Shown here piece by piece: positions 39,436 to 50,154 of a stretch of 64,000 nt of DNA. The stretch covers positions 3,360,001 through 3,424,000 of the forward strand of contig OZ240245.1 of the NCBI GenBank assembly GCA_965198175.1, written 5' to 3'. The position numbers were made by a program, and so were the translations under genes. The stretch's first letter is position 1. Each line of letters opens with the position of its first letter. The notes beneath the pieces are model-generated. The model searched no databases, had not been told where the DNA came from, and saw nothing but the letters and a program-made list of their open reading frames with translations. The stretch comes from Candidatus Poribacteria bacterium (GTDB taxonomy: Bacteria > Poribacteria > WGA-4E > PCPOR2b).

Positions 39436-42400
39436 TTATCGGACAACTGCAAATTTTCCGCTGCGACTCACTGTTTGCTCTCCGTGCGTCGCTTCCAAGA
39501 TGTAGATATAAACGCCGCTAGCGACAGCTTCACCCGCCTGATTTTCGCATTTCCAGACAAACTTTTCATTGCCCGTAGCAGGCACTTTACCGGTGACACC
39601 TTGCCAGTTGACCGTGTGGACCAATTGCCCAGCGGTGTCATAAATCTTCAGCGTGACATCCGCAGATTTTGTGAGATTGAACCGGATATTAACTTCGTGT
39701 GAAGCGGGATTTGGATAGACAGTTACCGCATCGGCGAAATCAAAGATATCGCGCGTAAAGAAGCTCTGGTGATGGTACACCGAATTGTTCGCTCGATCGG
39801 TGGCAGTAAGCTCAAGGGTATGGCGACCTGCATTGAGGTCGCTCGGCACGTAGGTTAAACGGCCAGTGTCCCGCTCATAATGAAATTGGACTGGCTGGCT
39901 GTCGACCCGCAATTGGACACTATCAACTCCAGAACCTTCGTCAGTAATCTCCGCCTCGACCAAAAAACGATTTAAGGGTACTTCATCGCCATCGTCAGGC
40001 CGGATGGAACGGATAATCGGCGGGTCCTGTTCAGTCAGGAGTGCGTAGCTGCCAAACTGATTCCCAACCGCTTCAAGTGTACCGAATTGATTCGTGATTG
40101 TATCAAGTGGAATCCAGCCGCCGCCCCGCGGGTCCCACCAAAACAGGACGATATGTTCGACGTTCTCCATCACCTCTATTCCTTCGGATTGGACACCCTG
40201 CATCGTCGGAGACAAGTGAGAGAAATCTAAAATAAGGTCAGGTTGAGGGATGGGCAGGGTAAGCCAGAGCAGAGTATCCTCCTTTTCAACATTGGCTTCA
40301 ATGATGTAAACGGGTTGAAGTATTGTGAGGCGTCGTTCCATCGCATTTTGATTCTGCGCTAAGACAAGACTTCGATCTAATCCACCCTGGCTGCGCAGGG
40401 TCACCTTAAAATCTGGTTTTATGCTCTGTTGAAGCAAAACAACGCGAGGACCGCCTTCAATGAAGAGGTGAGAAACAGTGAGAAGGGACGCCTGTTCAGC
40501 AATAGATTGTGGAAATGGTGTAGGCGGTATTTCTGGGAATCGATTTTGATCGGTAAAGTAGCCGACAAGGGAAACTAGGTTGCTGTTCAGTTGAAAATCC
40601 TTGCCGTATTGCGGGGGTTGAACACCCGCCACAAGCGTGAATCCCGCTTGTGACGGCGCGATGAGGAAATCACCCTCATATCGGAACGAAAGAAAGTCCT
40701 TTGCTACCGCCTGCGCAGTGTCAGGCGTGTCAACTTTGCACAAGTCGAGGTTGAGTGTGTACCCTATCAATGAACCTGATGGTAAGATTTCAGCTGAAGG
40801 GATGACAGTCAGCCGTTTATTTGTGTCGACGATAACTTTGAGCGCGTCCCCTGTGCGTTTCGCTGAGATAGCGGCGTTAAATGGTTGTGTGTCTATGAAA
40901 AACTCAAAATAAACCACTTCCGCTGAATTGCCTCCTTTGTCTTGAACTTCCCACTTGAATGAGTGTATCCCATCAACTAATTCAAGCGGCGGTACATGTG
41001 TGAATTGCCCAGTCTCAGGATTGAAATCAAATGTTTTCCCATCAAAAATCGCAGCCTCCTCCGTTCCGTCAAATGCATATTCCTCTCCATCAAAACTGAA
41101 TTGAATTGTGGAGGGCGCGATTTCTACATCGTCAATCAAAATGGCTGTGATTTTTATATCGGTTTGTGGTAGAATTGCACCATCGGACGGAAAAACCTCT
41201 GCAATCCCCGGTGGATTCACATCTTTTCCGATGTTTACTTTCCGCTCATATATGACGCGGCGTTGTACCTCAGTCCGGCGCCCCAGTCGATTAACCGCTT
41301 CCACACGAATGAGATTTTCCCCGCGTCCGAGGTGACGAGGTTCTTCCGCCTGAAGCAGCAACGTTCTGCTAAACCGCCTATCCGAGTGCAGAGGCATAAC
41401 CACACCGTTAATTAGAAACTGAACTTCGGCGGTACTGACTTGACCGGACACGGTAACATACGGCACGTCAAGAATTACATAATCTTGCGGCGAATCAATA
41501 ATAATCTCTGGAGGACGATTATCCCAAAAAACATTTCGGTAGACGCTAGTCTCTAAACCAATTGGATTTGTCGCTTTGATATTAATGCGGTTTTCGCCTT
41601 CCTGCAAAATCAACTGCGTTTCAAACTCACCCTCTTCATCAATACGTACCATTGCTTCATTGAGAGTAACGGTGCTCTGTTTGTCTACACGCCCATGCAC
41701 AGTGATTAATCTCTCAGTTGTGAGCAAGCCTTCTGGCGGGTAGAGAACTTCCAAGCGTGGATGTTCGTTTTCGACAAAAACTTTGACTCGATCTTCAATC
41801 TCGTCGCCAGCTGTCGAAACAGCAACGAGACGTAAGACATACTCTCCACGCAACTGCCGCGCATCCCACTGACCAATGAACCCGCCCGCAAAAGGGCTAG
41901 AGTTTTCAACGCTGACCGGTTCGGGCGCTACTGGTGTAGTCGATTTGCCGCCGATTCGACGCCATTTATGAAGTACAGAGATTGACGCATATTCTAAACG
42001 ATATTCCTGAAACAACTTGCCACGGGCGATTCCGAAGAGATTGACCTTCCCGTGTACCTGTTCTCCATCGACAGGACGTTCCAACCGTGCTTCAATTGGC
42101 GGTTCGGGGAACTCAAACGCCATGGTATACAGCAGATCGCTAGATTGATAGACAATCGCTTTCCCATCAGGAGACCAATCAGCACTATCGACAAATTGAG
42201 GGGAGGCGATAGATTGACCGCCGCTGTCAATTGGGGAGATTTGGGTGATTTGCCCATCTCGTAGATTGAGAACAAAGGGCGATTGTCGGTCTTCACCTTG
42301 ATCGGAAAGGAAAAGTATCGATTTGCCATCCGGCGACCACGCTGGGCGGGTTTCGTTGGCGGAACTCCGATGCAACAACATCTCGCTCGAACCATCCATG

Positions 42401-44964
42401 TTGATCAGCCCAATTTCCCAATTGCCAGCTCGATCGGATTGGAATCCTATCTGGCTCCCATCCGGCGCCCATGCTGGGTAGACATCTTGATTCGTGTTCC
42501 GAGTCAATTGAACAACCTGCGCTCGGGCGCCTGATAAAAACGCTGAGGCGTTACGCACAACCCAAATCTCCAAATCTCCGTCTACGTCCGCCGCAAACGC
42601 AATCTGTTCGCCTGTAGGCGACCACGCGGGTGTGACCAACCCCTCCCTGGCGTGCGGAAGCGAAAACGCTTTCCCTGTCATTAAAGGTGGAGGGTTAGGT
42701 TGAACGTCATCAGGGAGAATCAACGCCCGATGATCGCCCCCGTCGGATCGAATCGTCCAAATTTCCCATAGTCCTCGCCTGTCAGAGTTCAACGCTGTCT
42801 GACCTGTGCCAATTTCGACAGGGCGACGTGATTGGAACATTAACCGTTCTGAATCAGGATGCCATGCGGGATTAACATCGATTGCCATGTCACGAGTCAA
42901 GCGACGGCGCGAGCTGTCCCGGAGATCAAGCGTCCAAATGTCCACAGCGCCCCCATCGTTACTAGAAAAAGCAATTTTTTGTCCATCGGGAGACCAAGCC
43001 GGTGTACGAAAAAAGATTTCCGAAGCACGATCAATTAGTAGTGTTGCACTGCTGCTACTCGCCAAGGGCAACGGTGGTGTATTATCAATTATGAGTGGCA
43101 CCCTCGTTGTTGTGTGATTGCCAGCCTCGTCGACGGCGGTCAGAGCCAGGGTATAAACACCATTTAGGTTAGAAGTGTCCCAAACGGCTAAGCGCTCTCG
43201 CTCAAATTGGATACGAATCGGCTGGCGCAGTCGTGTCCAAGTCTGCGGCGAAGTCGTTCTCCCAAACCGGAGGCGGCATTCGACGAGGTTGGAATCAACA
43301 CAGGACGCTATCACGGGGATAGGACGTGTAACCACGGTATCGGGATTGGGCAGGTGAATCTGTACAAACGGGGGATGCCGATCGACAAATACCGGAAGCG
43401 ACGGTTCAGAAAATGCACTTCGGTTTCCAACTGCATCTGAAGCCTGAATCACAGCGTGATACCGTTTGTTATCCTCGCTATGAAACTCAAAAAGGCTTTG
43501 ATTGGTTGAACCGATTTCAGTGAAATCCCCGCCATCGATTGAAACAAAAACGTAGTACTGAACTGCGCTGGGAAACGGAAAATCAGGCTGCTCTGGTGTT
43601 TCCCAAGTAAAAGTGATCCGCGAATCATTATCAAAGCCCGGACGAGCATCAGAATCTAGGTGGACAGGTTGAGCGGGTCGTGATGGAGGAATGGTATCGC
43701 GACGGCGATAAAATATTGTGGATGTGTTGGCTTCGCTTTCGCTCATTGTGAGAGAAGGTCTATTTACCCAAACGAGGTGGAGCTGCTCTGCTGGCACAGA
43801 ACCGCTTTTAGTTATCGCAGGAAGCGTTGAGGCACCCACGTCATCGACAAATTGTTCCGCAGCCGTCCATTCTTGTCCCGTTCGGCTCGCAACGCGGACG
43901 GCCCAGTTTCCTGATTCTCCTCCGTCTTGCCAAACTATCCACGCATCACCTCGACGCGCCAGAATATGCGGCGCAATCGACTCAGCTGTGTCCGCGGAGA
44001 CTTGTTGTACCCTTGCCCATGATTCCCCAGCATCCGTGCTCTCGGTCGAGAAGACATTTGCCGCTACAAACTCGCTCAAACGGCACACCCACGCGACGTG
44101 CACATGCGGTTCGAGCACGGCAATCGATGGGCGGCGACAAGCGCCAATTGAAGAAAGGCGGACATCATCGCCGACAGTCAACCCATCCCAACGTTGAACA
44201 TGAATCTGAGGGTTAGCTTCCCGGCTATCTCGCCACGTCACATAGACCGATTGCAAGCCACCGGCAACATTCGGTTCGCTAGTATCCCAATCCCCCGGCG
44301 TGATTGGCTGTGGGTGTAACCACGTTTGACCACTGTCTCGGCTGTGTGTGATAAAGGCTGTTGACCGTGTGCGTCTGGTCAATGCGCCCTTGGAATCAAG
44401 ACTATTCGTTTGACCTTCCCACACAACAGTAACCCAGTTGCTAGGCGTAGCTATCGTTGTTCCGATCTTCGGTCGATGGACGGAATCGCCTTCGCGGGAC
44501 AGTGTCCGAGGCGGACCCCAACCTCTACCATCCCATGACTTATAGCGGCATTGTGGCCCTGTTGAGCTTGATTCCAGCCAAACCAAATGGACGCGAAGTT
44601 GGTCGCAAACGACCGCGGGTTGCACAGAATCTGTGCCGCTTCTCGTAACCCTCTCCTCACGCAGCCATGTCACTCCGCCATCGCCGCTATATCGAAAAAA
44701 TATATCCCATCTACCGAGTCGATTGTCGCTCCAGGCAACGAAAACTTCGTCTCCTCGGGCACAAATTGCCGGTTCTCTCGAAACCGCAGATCCAAGTGAT
44801 AGCGGTATCCCTATAGTCCAGAATTCAGGGTTTGCGTACGAAGGATAAATGAACGCGAATCCAATGAGCCAATAGAATAAAAAGAGAAAGCAGAACCGTC
44901 CAATTCCGCTCCCTCCAACCGCACTGAGTGGAACCTTCTGGTTTCCTAGTTTCCTCGATTTCAC
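39436..44964 (-). CDS. Large secreted multidomain protein: BNR/Asp-box propeller, FN3, TolB/PD40 propeller, Ig-like domains, FlgD/T9SS-like C-terminal domain
   Basis: S.DGG.TW Asp boxes, PAWSPDG repeats, L.EGEN.I.I.A Ig motifs, C-terminal YPNP...IYD..G...ASGVY. Confidence 0.85.
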   Translation of the reverse strand: MKSRKLGNQKVPLSAVGGSGIGRFCFLFLFYWLIGFAFIYPSYANPEFWTIGIPLSLGSAVSREPAICARGDEVFVAWSDNRLGRWDIFFRYSGDGGVTWLREERVTRSGTDSVQPAVVCDQLRVHLVWLESSSTGPQCRYKSWDGRGWGPPRTLSREGDSVHRPKIGTTIATPSNWVTVVWEGQTNSLDSKGALTRRTRSTAFITHSRDSGQTWLHPQPITPGDWDTSEPNVAGGLQSVYVTWRDSREANPQIHVQRWDGLTVGDDVRLSSIGACRRPSIAVLEPHVHVAWVCRLSEFVAANVFSTESTDAGESWARVQQVSADTAESIAPHILARRGDAWIVWQDGGESGNWAVRVASRTGQEWTAAEQFVDDVGASTLPAITKSGSVPAEQLHLVWVNRPSLTMSESEANTSTIFYRRRDTIPPSRPAQPVHLDSDARPGFDNDSRITFTWETPEQPDFPFPSAVQYYVFVSIDGGDFTEIGSTNQSLFEFHSEDNKRYHAVIQASDAVGNRSAFSEPSLPVFVDRHPPFVQIHLPNPDTVVTRPIPVIASCVDSNLVECRLRFGRTTSPQTWTRLRQPIRIQFERERLAVWDTSNLNGVYTLALTAVDEAGNHTTTRVPLIIDNTPPLPLASSSSATLLIDRASEIFFRTPAWSPDGQKIAFSSNDGGAVDIWTLDLRDSSRRRLTRDMAIDVNPAWHPDSERLMFQSRRPVEIGTGQTALNSDRRGLWEIWTIRSDGGDHRALILPDDVQPNPPPLMTGKAFSLPHAREGLVTPAWSPTGEQIAFAADVDGDLEIWVVRNASAFLSGARAQVVQLTRNTNQDVYPAWAPDGSQIGFQSDRAGNWEIGLINMDGSSEMLLHRSSANETRPAWSPDGKSILFLSDQGEDRQSPFVLNLRDGQITQISPIDSGGQSIASPQFVDSADWSPDGKAIVYQSSDLLYTMAFEFPEPPIEARLERPVDGEQVHGKVNLFGIARGKLFQEYRLEYASISVLHKWRRIGGKSTTPVAPEPVSVENSSPFAGGFIGQWDARQLRGEYVLRLVAVSTAGDEIEDRVKVFVENEHPRLEVLYPPEGLLTTERLITVHGRVDKQSTVTLNEAMVRIDEEGEFETQLILQEGENRINIKATNPIGLETSVYRNVFWDNRPPEIIIDSPQDYVILDVPYVTVSGQVSTAEVQFLINGVVMPLHSDRRFSRTLLLQAEEPRHLGRGENLIRVEAVNRLGRRTEVQRRVIYERKVNIGKDVNPPGIAEVFPSDGAILPQTDIKITAILIDDVEIAPSTIQFSFDGEEYAFDGTEEAAIFDGKTFDFNPETGQFTHVPPLELVDGIHSFKWEVQDKGGNSAEVVYFEFFIDTQPFNAAISAKRTGDALKVIVDTNKRLTVIPSAEILPSGSLIGYTLNLDLCKVDTPDTAQAVAKDFLSFRYEGDFLIAPSQAGFTLVAGVQPPQYGKDFQLNSNLVSLVGYFTDQNRFPEIPPTPFPQSIAEQASLLTVSHLFIEGGPRVVLLQQSIKPDFKVTLRSQGGLDRSLVLAQNQNAMERRLTILQPVYIIEANVEKEDTLLWLTLPIPQPDLILDFSHLSPTMQGVQSEGIEVMENVEHIVLFWWDPRGGGWIPLDTITNQFGTLEAVGNQFGSYALLTEQDPPIIRSIRPDDGDEVPLNRFLVEAEITDEGSGVDSVQLRVDSQPVQFHYERDTGRLTYVPSDLNAGRHTLELTATDRANNSVYHHQSFFTRDIFDFADAVTVYPNPASHEVNIRFNLTKSADVTLKIYDTAGQLVHTVNWQGVTGKVPATGNEKFVWKCENQAGEAVASGVYIYILEATHGEQTVSRSGKFAVVR

Positions 44965-44967
44965 TTC

Positions 44968-45576
44968 TCACATTTGACGGAATAGCCCGATTACCTTCCC
45001 CAGGACTTGAACTTCAGACACCACAATCGCCTCCATGTTGGGGTTCTCGGGTTGCAAACAAATTTTGTCACCCTCATAGAATAATCGCTTCACCGTTGCT
45101 TCATCATCGAGCAGAGCGACAACAATGTCCCCTGGGTCCGCAACACTTTGTGATTTCACAATGACCAGATCCCCTTCCAAGATGCCCGCATCAATCATAC
45201 TTGAGCCATTGACCCGCAGCGCGAAGCATGAATCGTGCTTAATCATCTCCTTGGGAACCGGCAGACTTCCTTCTATATTCTCGGTGGCTAATAAAGGCGT
45301 TCCAGCCGCTACACGTCCAACGATAGGCACTTCACCCGCTCGCTTCAATCCCTTTTTCGTCACATCCTCCAGGATTTCAATTGCGCGCGGTTTTCCAGCC
45401 GCACGCCTAATGTAACCTTTCTTCTCGATTGCGTTCAGGTAATCGTGCGCAGCCTTCTCGGAGATTCCGAATGCCCTTCCAGTCTCGCGAACAGTCGGTG
45501 GATAGCCAAAATTGTGTAGGTGATAGGAGATAAATTCCAACACGGTCTCCTGTTTTTTTGTCAGCGGTTTACGCAT
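44968..45576 (-). CDS. lexA: SOS repressor LexA
   Basis: PPTVRE HTH, VAAG cleavage site, GSSM and TVKR catalytic dyad. Confidence 0.97.
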   Translation of the reverse strand: MRKPLTKKQETVLEFISYHLHNFGYPPTVRETGRAFGISEKAAHDYLNAIEKKGYIRRAAGKPRAIEILEDVTKKGLKRAGEVPIVGRVAAGTPLLATENIEGSLPVPKEMIKHDSCFALRVNGSSMIDAGILEGDLVIVKSQSVADPGDIVVALLDDEATVKRLFYEGDKICLQPENPNMEAIVVSEVQVLGKVIGLFRQM

Positions 45577-45659
45577 GGTTATTCCTCCTACGGTCTAGAA
45601 AATTAGGAGTATATGGAGCATATACTTCGGATGTTTGAACCAATTTTTGATTACCCTTA

Positions 45660-45689
45660 AATTTAACTATACAAAGGTTAAGATGTCAA
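45660..45689 (-). promoter_or_regulatory. Putative lexA promoter with an internal palindrome
   Basis: TTGACA-N18-TAAATT with TTAAC-N9-GTTAA overlapping the spacer and -10. Confidence 0.5.
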
Positions 45690-46059
45690 GGAAAAACTGC
45701 ATGTGACACATCCACTTTTTTTTGAGTCCTATATTTCGGGCGGGCAAGCGGAGGAGGGGAGAGAATCGAGAAATCCAAGCTACATCGGATTTCGGAGATA
45801 TCTACGCGCAGAATTGAGGAACTTCATCGCCAATACAACTCTCTCAAGAAGCATCGAAAAAATCCATGTAACCAGACTATTTCAACAAACTAAAGTGCAA
45901 ATGCAAAAGGTTTTTGCGGCACTATACATTGCATCAAGTTCTCCGAGGTAGGGTGGATACTGCCTCCACACCGTGTTTGCGAGACTCGATACTAATCAAT
46001 AATTGGACGTTTGGACTAATCGACTTTTGGTGCACCTAGCGACTACCCTTTTCATTTAA

Positions 46060-47025
46060 TCAGTAAAGAGCTTTAATTGTGTTTTTATCCACGCCACATC
46101 GATCTAGGAACTGCCTCAATTGCCGCCATTGTCCTTTGGCAGCTTCAAAACCGCGGTTCAAAAAGAGTCCGTTCGACAGTCGTTGCGGGTTGTTGAACGG
46201 AGTATCATCACGGTTCACCGCTTGGCTACCGATGAACGTTTTGTTCTCTGTGCCGATTGGGCACTCGTTGGCACTTAGTCTTTCCGTGTCAACGAGCCAA
46301 TCAACGACTTTATGAATAACGTCCAGCCAATGCTTAACTGGCTGGTTGACGCGAGTATCTATCTTCAACCGAATCGGTTTGGTGCCCTGCGGGTAAAATT
46401 TCGATTCGAAAGTGCACCAGTTGCCAGAATCCTCTGATGGGTTATCGGGCACCTGCCGTTCTAGCGGTTCACCGGGGTTACTGCTGGGTGGATCCGGTGA
46501 AGGCTCTGGCGATATGAAGACTGGTTCTGTTGCTTCAGATGGACCGTAGTCAGAGGCAAGATTTGGTCTCCACATCGCCAACGCCTGTAACGCATTTTTA
46601 TGAGCCGGCTGTTGAGACAATTCCAACTTCATCAACCGCCGATCATTCAACCTACCTGGCCTGAAGACCTCGTACATCCCCCACTTATCGCCATCAGTCA
46701 CAATCATGTAAGGAATACCAGCTAGATTCGCATAGCCGAGAACCTGCATAATCTTATCATCCTCTATATCGCTCCCCAACTTCTTCGCTTCAATCACGGC
46801 AAGCGGATGACCGTTAGACATCAGTGCATAATCTGCCCACTGCGGCTCCACCTTATATTCAAGTTCAACCGCATCTGGATTTGATACGTCCCAGCCCAAC
46901 TCCCGCAACAACGGATCAATTAGCACTTGCCGAGTGCGCGTCTCATGCGTAGACAGATAATCACGATGCGTCTCAATCATGTCTCGTAAATTCTCAATAA
47001 TGCGTTGCACGTCATCTAATGGCAC
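46060..47025 (-). CDS. HsdR N-terminal-like restriction endonuclease domain protein
   Basis: ETRTRQVLIDPLL.LGWD, ADYAL..IEAK, QVLGY and TDG..W motifs. Confidence 0.85.
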   Translation of the reverse strand: MPLDDVQRIIENLRDMIETHRDYLSTHETRTRQVLIDPLLRELGWDVSNPDAVELEYKVEPQWADYALMSNGHPLAVIEAKKLGSDIEDDKIMQVLGYANLAGIPYMIVTDGDKWGMYEVFRPGRLNDRRLMKLELSQQPAHKNALQALAMWRPNLASDYGPSEATEPVFISPEPSPDPPSSNPGEPLERQVPDNPSEDSGNWCTFESKFYPQGTKPIRLKIDTRVNQPVKHWLDVIHKVVDWLVDTERLSANECPIGTENKTFIGSQAVNRDDTPFNNPQRLSNGLFLNRGFEAAKGQWRQLRQFLDRCGVDKNTIKALY

Positions 47026-47534
47026 GACTAACTCCTCTTATCTGTGAAAATTGTAGCCATTGCACCCAAAATAATACATCCTTCAAACTGACGATCCGCT
47101 TGGTTCTTATGCTGCCGGACGCAAAGTGATTGACGATTCGCTTTCATAAAGTCTACGCTATAGTTCATATATTAACATACAATCCTAATATGTGTAAATG
47201 CGAATCGAGAGACCCAAAATTAGGTACGGTTTACGCAATGGCTTCAAATCCAAAGCCTCTAAAGCCAAAGTTGCATTGATGTTGCGTCGAAGCAAAACTT
47301 TCGTTTCAGGAATTGCCTTTATTGCCATCGGCACCCGCGGCTGTCGTCGACTTTACTGTTGAATGGGTCGTAAAGAAGATGTTATAATCACATGTGTATT
47401 GTGAACGCAATCATCACATACGTTGACATTGGACGAGGTTATCGCTCACAGGAAGTGTCTCGATTGAAGGTACGAGCTGTTGCAGTGGGAGAATAGCGAT
47501 AGAGTTAAGGGTTGTTATCGAAATCAAAGGGAAA

Positions 47535-48698
47535 ATGATGGAGAGGGTATTCCTCGTCCACTATGGCGAAGTCGGACTAAAAGGGAAGAACAGATCTTTC
47601 TTTGAGAAGAAGCTAATTCAAAACATCAAGCGTTCGCTGAAAGGTCTGGGGTGCGCGGATGTTCAGCGGATATACGGGCGGATTCTGGTCAAGCTCCAAC
47701 CAGATGCGGACATCGCAGCGATTCGAGAAAAATTGGGTAAAGTTATGGGGATTGCCCATTTTGCGTTTGCTTGTGTAACTGAACAGAACATTGAGGCAAT
47801 CCAGACTGCCTCGCTCAAGTGGATTCAGGACAAAGCGTTTGAGACACTTAAGGTCGAAACCAAACGGGCGAACAAGAGCTTTCCGATGACTTCACCAGAA
47901 ATTAGCGCGGTGGTTGGCGGTTACCTCCTTGAACATACCGGCGCAAGTGCGAACATGCGCAATCCAGATTTATTGTGTTATATTGAGATTGTTGAAAAAG
48001 CAGCCTATATCCGTGCGGAAAAGATAAAGGGAATCGGGGGGCTGCCCGTTGGCGTCAGCGGAAAAGTGCTTGTCATGCTCTCGGGAGGAATTGATTCGCC
48101 CGTTGCAGCGTGGCGTATGATGAAGCGGGGTGCGAAGGCGATCCATATTCACTACTACAGCTATCCTTATACGGACAAACTATCACTCGAAAAGGTAAAG
48201 GCGCTCGCTCAGATTTTGGCGATTTGGAATTATCGCACACTAGTCTATCTTGTGCCGTTTGCAGACATACAACGCGAAATCGTGACCAGAACCCCCGCAC
48301 CATTTCGGGTAATTCTATACCGCCGCTTCATGGCTCGCATCGCGCAGCGTATCGCGAAGGCTGTAAAAGCAGACGCCTTGGTCACCGGGGAGAGTCTTGG
48401 ACAGGTCGCCTCACAAACGCTTGGCAATCTTAGAGCCATTGAAGATGCGGTGGAGATACCAATCCTTCGCCCGCTCATCGGTGATGACAAGGAAGAGATT
48501 ATCAGCCTCGCTCAACAGATTAAGACGTTTGAAATCTCTACCCTTCCGCACGATGATTGCTGCTCCCTTTTCGTTCCCGACCACCCCGCTACCAATGCCT
48601 CCATCGAAGCGGTGAGGGCAGCAGAGATGAATCTAGAAAGTGATGCACTTATTGAACAGGCGCTGGCAAGCATCGAAAAACTGACAATTGACGATTAG
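47535..48698 (+). CDS. thiI: tRNA 4-thiouridine synthase ThiI
   Basis: HYGEVGLKG, THUMP domain, PP-loop SGGIDSP, GQVASQT and DCC motifs. Confidence 0.96.
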   Translation: MMERVFLVHYGEVGLKGKNRSFFEKKLIQNIKRSLKGLGCADVQRIYGRILVKLQPDADIAAIREKLGKVMGIAHFAFACVTEQNIEAIQTASLKWIQDKAFETLKVETKRANKSFPMTSPEISAVVGGYLLEHTGASANMRNPDLLCYIEIVEKAAYIRAEKIKGIGGLPVGVSGKVLVMLSGGIDSPVAAWRMMKRGAKAIHIHYYSYPYTDKLSLEKVKALAQILAIWNYRTLVYLVPFADIQREIVTRTPAPFRVILYRRFMARIAQRIAKAVKADALVTGESLGQVASQTLGNLRAIEDAVEIPILRPLIGDDKEEIISLAQQIKTFEISTLPHDDCCSLFVPDHPATNASIEAVRAAEMNLESDALIEQALASIEKLTIDD

Positions 48699-48879
48699 CG
48701 CACCCGACGAGATAATGGGCAACATCGCATCAATCGCGCTTCTGAACGCTACGGTACGCATTAAATCCTGTCTACTGTAAGAAAATTACAGGAAAAAACA
48801 ACTGTACAATTACCAGTGTTTGTGACATAATAATTGAGGGTCTAGAAATTCCCCACGCTCAAGGAAGGAGGAAACTAGG

Positions 48880-49623
48880 ATGAGAACGATCGTGTTGCTG
48901 CTCATGTTTGGCACATTTATTTCCGCAACACTTAGCGGTGCTAAGGTATATTATGAGCAAGATTTTGAAAACGGTGCAGACGACTGGGAATTTCAGGATA
49001 TGGAGATTTCCCAAGAAATTGCCCATAGTGGAACCCACAGCATATTAAGCACTGGGAAAGGTGTTGGAGTTCCCAGTGCACGTGTGCCACTGGATCTGCC
49101 AAGAAAGGACCAACTCGATGATGTCATTTGGTTTTATGTTGATGGCACCCTCCAGGGCAATCCTCATCTCCATCACGTTCATGTCTGGACAAACGATGTG
49201 TGGGGATGGGTTGGTCCCCATATCGGCATCCGAGGAGATAATCTCATGGTTTATGCGATTAACGGGTTTCCTCTACCCGCGAAACCCGTAAACTTGGAGC
49301 CCCGCACATGGTATCGGTTAAAAACGGAGATAAACTTGAAAAACCAGACCTTTAACTGTTACGTTGAAACGGAAGGTGAGGAAATGGTAACCGTTTTTGA
49401 GGATACGACTTTTATCAAGAACCGGGGCGGCGCATTAGGAGACAAGATGACCGGCGGAGGGCATTATTTTCGGCAGGTTGGTAAATGGGAGAGTCCAGGT
49501 GCAGATGTTTACTTCGACGATCTTCAAATTGCCGACGAAATTCCATCTCTGAAAGATGCGAAGCGAGTCCAAGCTGCTGGCAACTTGACAACAATATGGG
49601 GAAAAATTAAAACAGAATATTGA
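48880..49623 (+). CDS. Secreted ConA-like/beta-sandwich protein with a V..AG.LTT.WG.IK tail
   Basis: Signal peptide; DFENG and YFDDL motifs; C-terminus VQAAGNLTTIWGKIK. Confidence 0.7.
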   Translation: MRTIVLLLMFGTFISATLSGAKVYYEQDFENGADDWEFQDMEISQEIAHSGTHSILSTGKGVGVPSARVPLDLPRKDQLDDVIWFYVDGTLQGNPHLHHVHVWTNDVWGWVGPHIGIRGDNLMVYAINGFPLPAKPVNLEPRTWYRLKTEINLKNQTFNCYVETEGEEMVTVFEDTTFIKNRGGALGDKMTGGGHYFRQVGKWESPGADVYFDDLQIADEIPSLKDAKRVQAAGNLTTIWGKIKTEY

Positions 49624-49940
49624 TGAAGGTGCCTCAATGTAGCGGTAATAGCTGTTCCTTCAAACCCGCTTTATCATTGGTTTCCGGGGCGGAGAGGAGT
49701 TTCGAGTGACCCCTCCTAACTCCTTTCCGGATCGGTTATCCTTGTTGCTTTCTGAAGAGCGCCGTTGTTCCGTTATCTGGTACAGTGGCGCATTTATTTT
49801 TCGAAAGACCCAAATGTCGCCCTCTGATTTCTCAGGCGAGCTGCTCACTCTACAAAGTCAAGTTGAATTGGTCTATTTGAATCTGTAGCAAGGTGGTTTG
49901 TCGGTGTTTTGACGAGCGTCAATAGTGGGGTTGAAAAAGT

Positions 49941-49970
49941 TTGACACAGTACCTAAAAGGGTGATAAGAT
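49941..49970 (+). promoter_or_regulatory. Putative sigma-70 promoter
   Basis: TTGACA-N18-TAAGAT, about 185 nt upstream of the LamG gene. Confidence 0.5.
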
Positions 49971-50154
49971 TTCTCACGGATACTATCCAACGTGGGTCGC
50001 GGAAGTCCCCATGTGATTCGCTTCTTCTGAACTTAATAATGTTGTGGCTCGCGATACTGTAGCGTCCCAATTCTTGAGACAAACGGTATCGGACTGCCGA
50101 AGTTTTAACTAATGCCAAAACTGAACGACTAATCCAATTTCAGGAGGAAATGAC

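Noticed and set aside
47026..47534. TPP riboswitch upstream of thiI
   Set aside because: No GCTGAGA or CCTGA-type core motifs found
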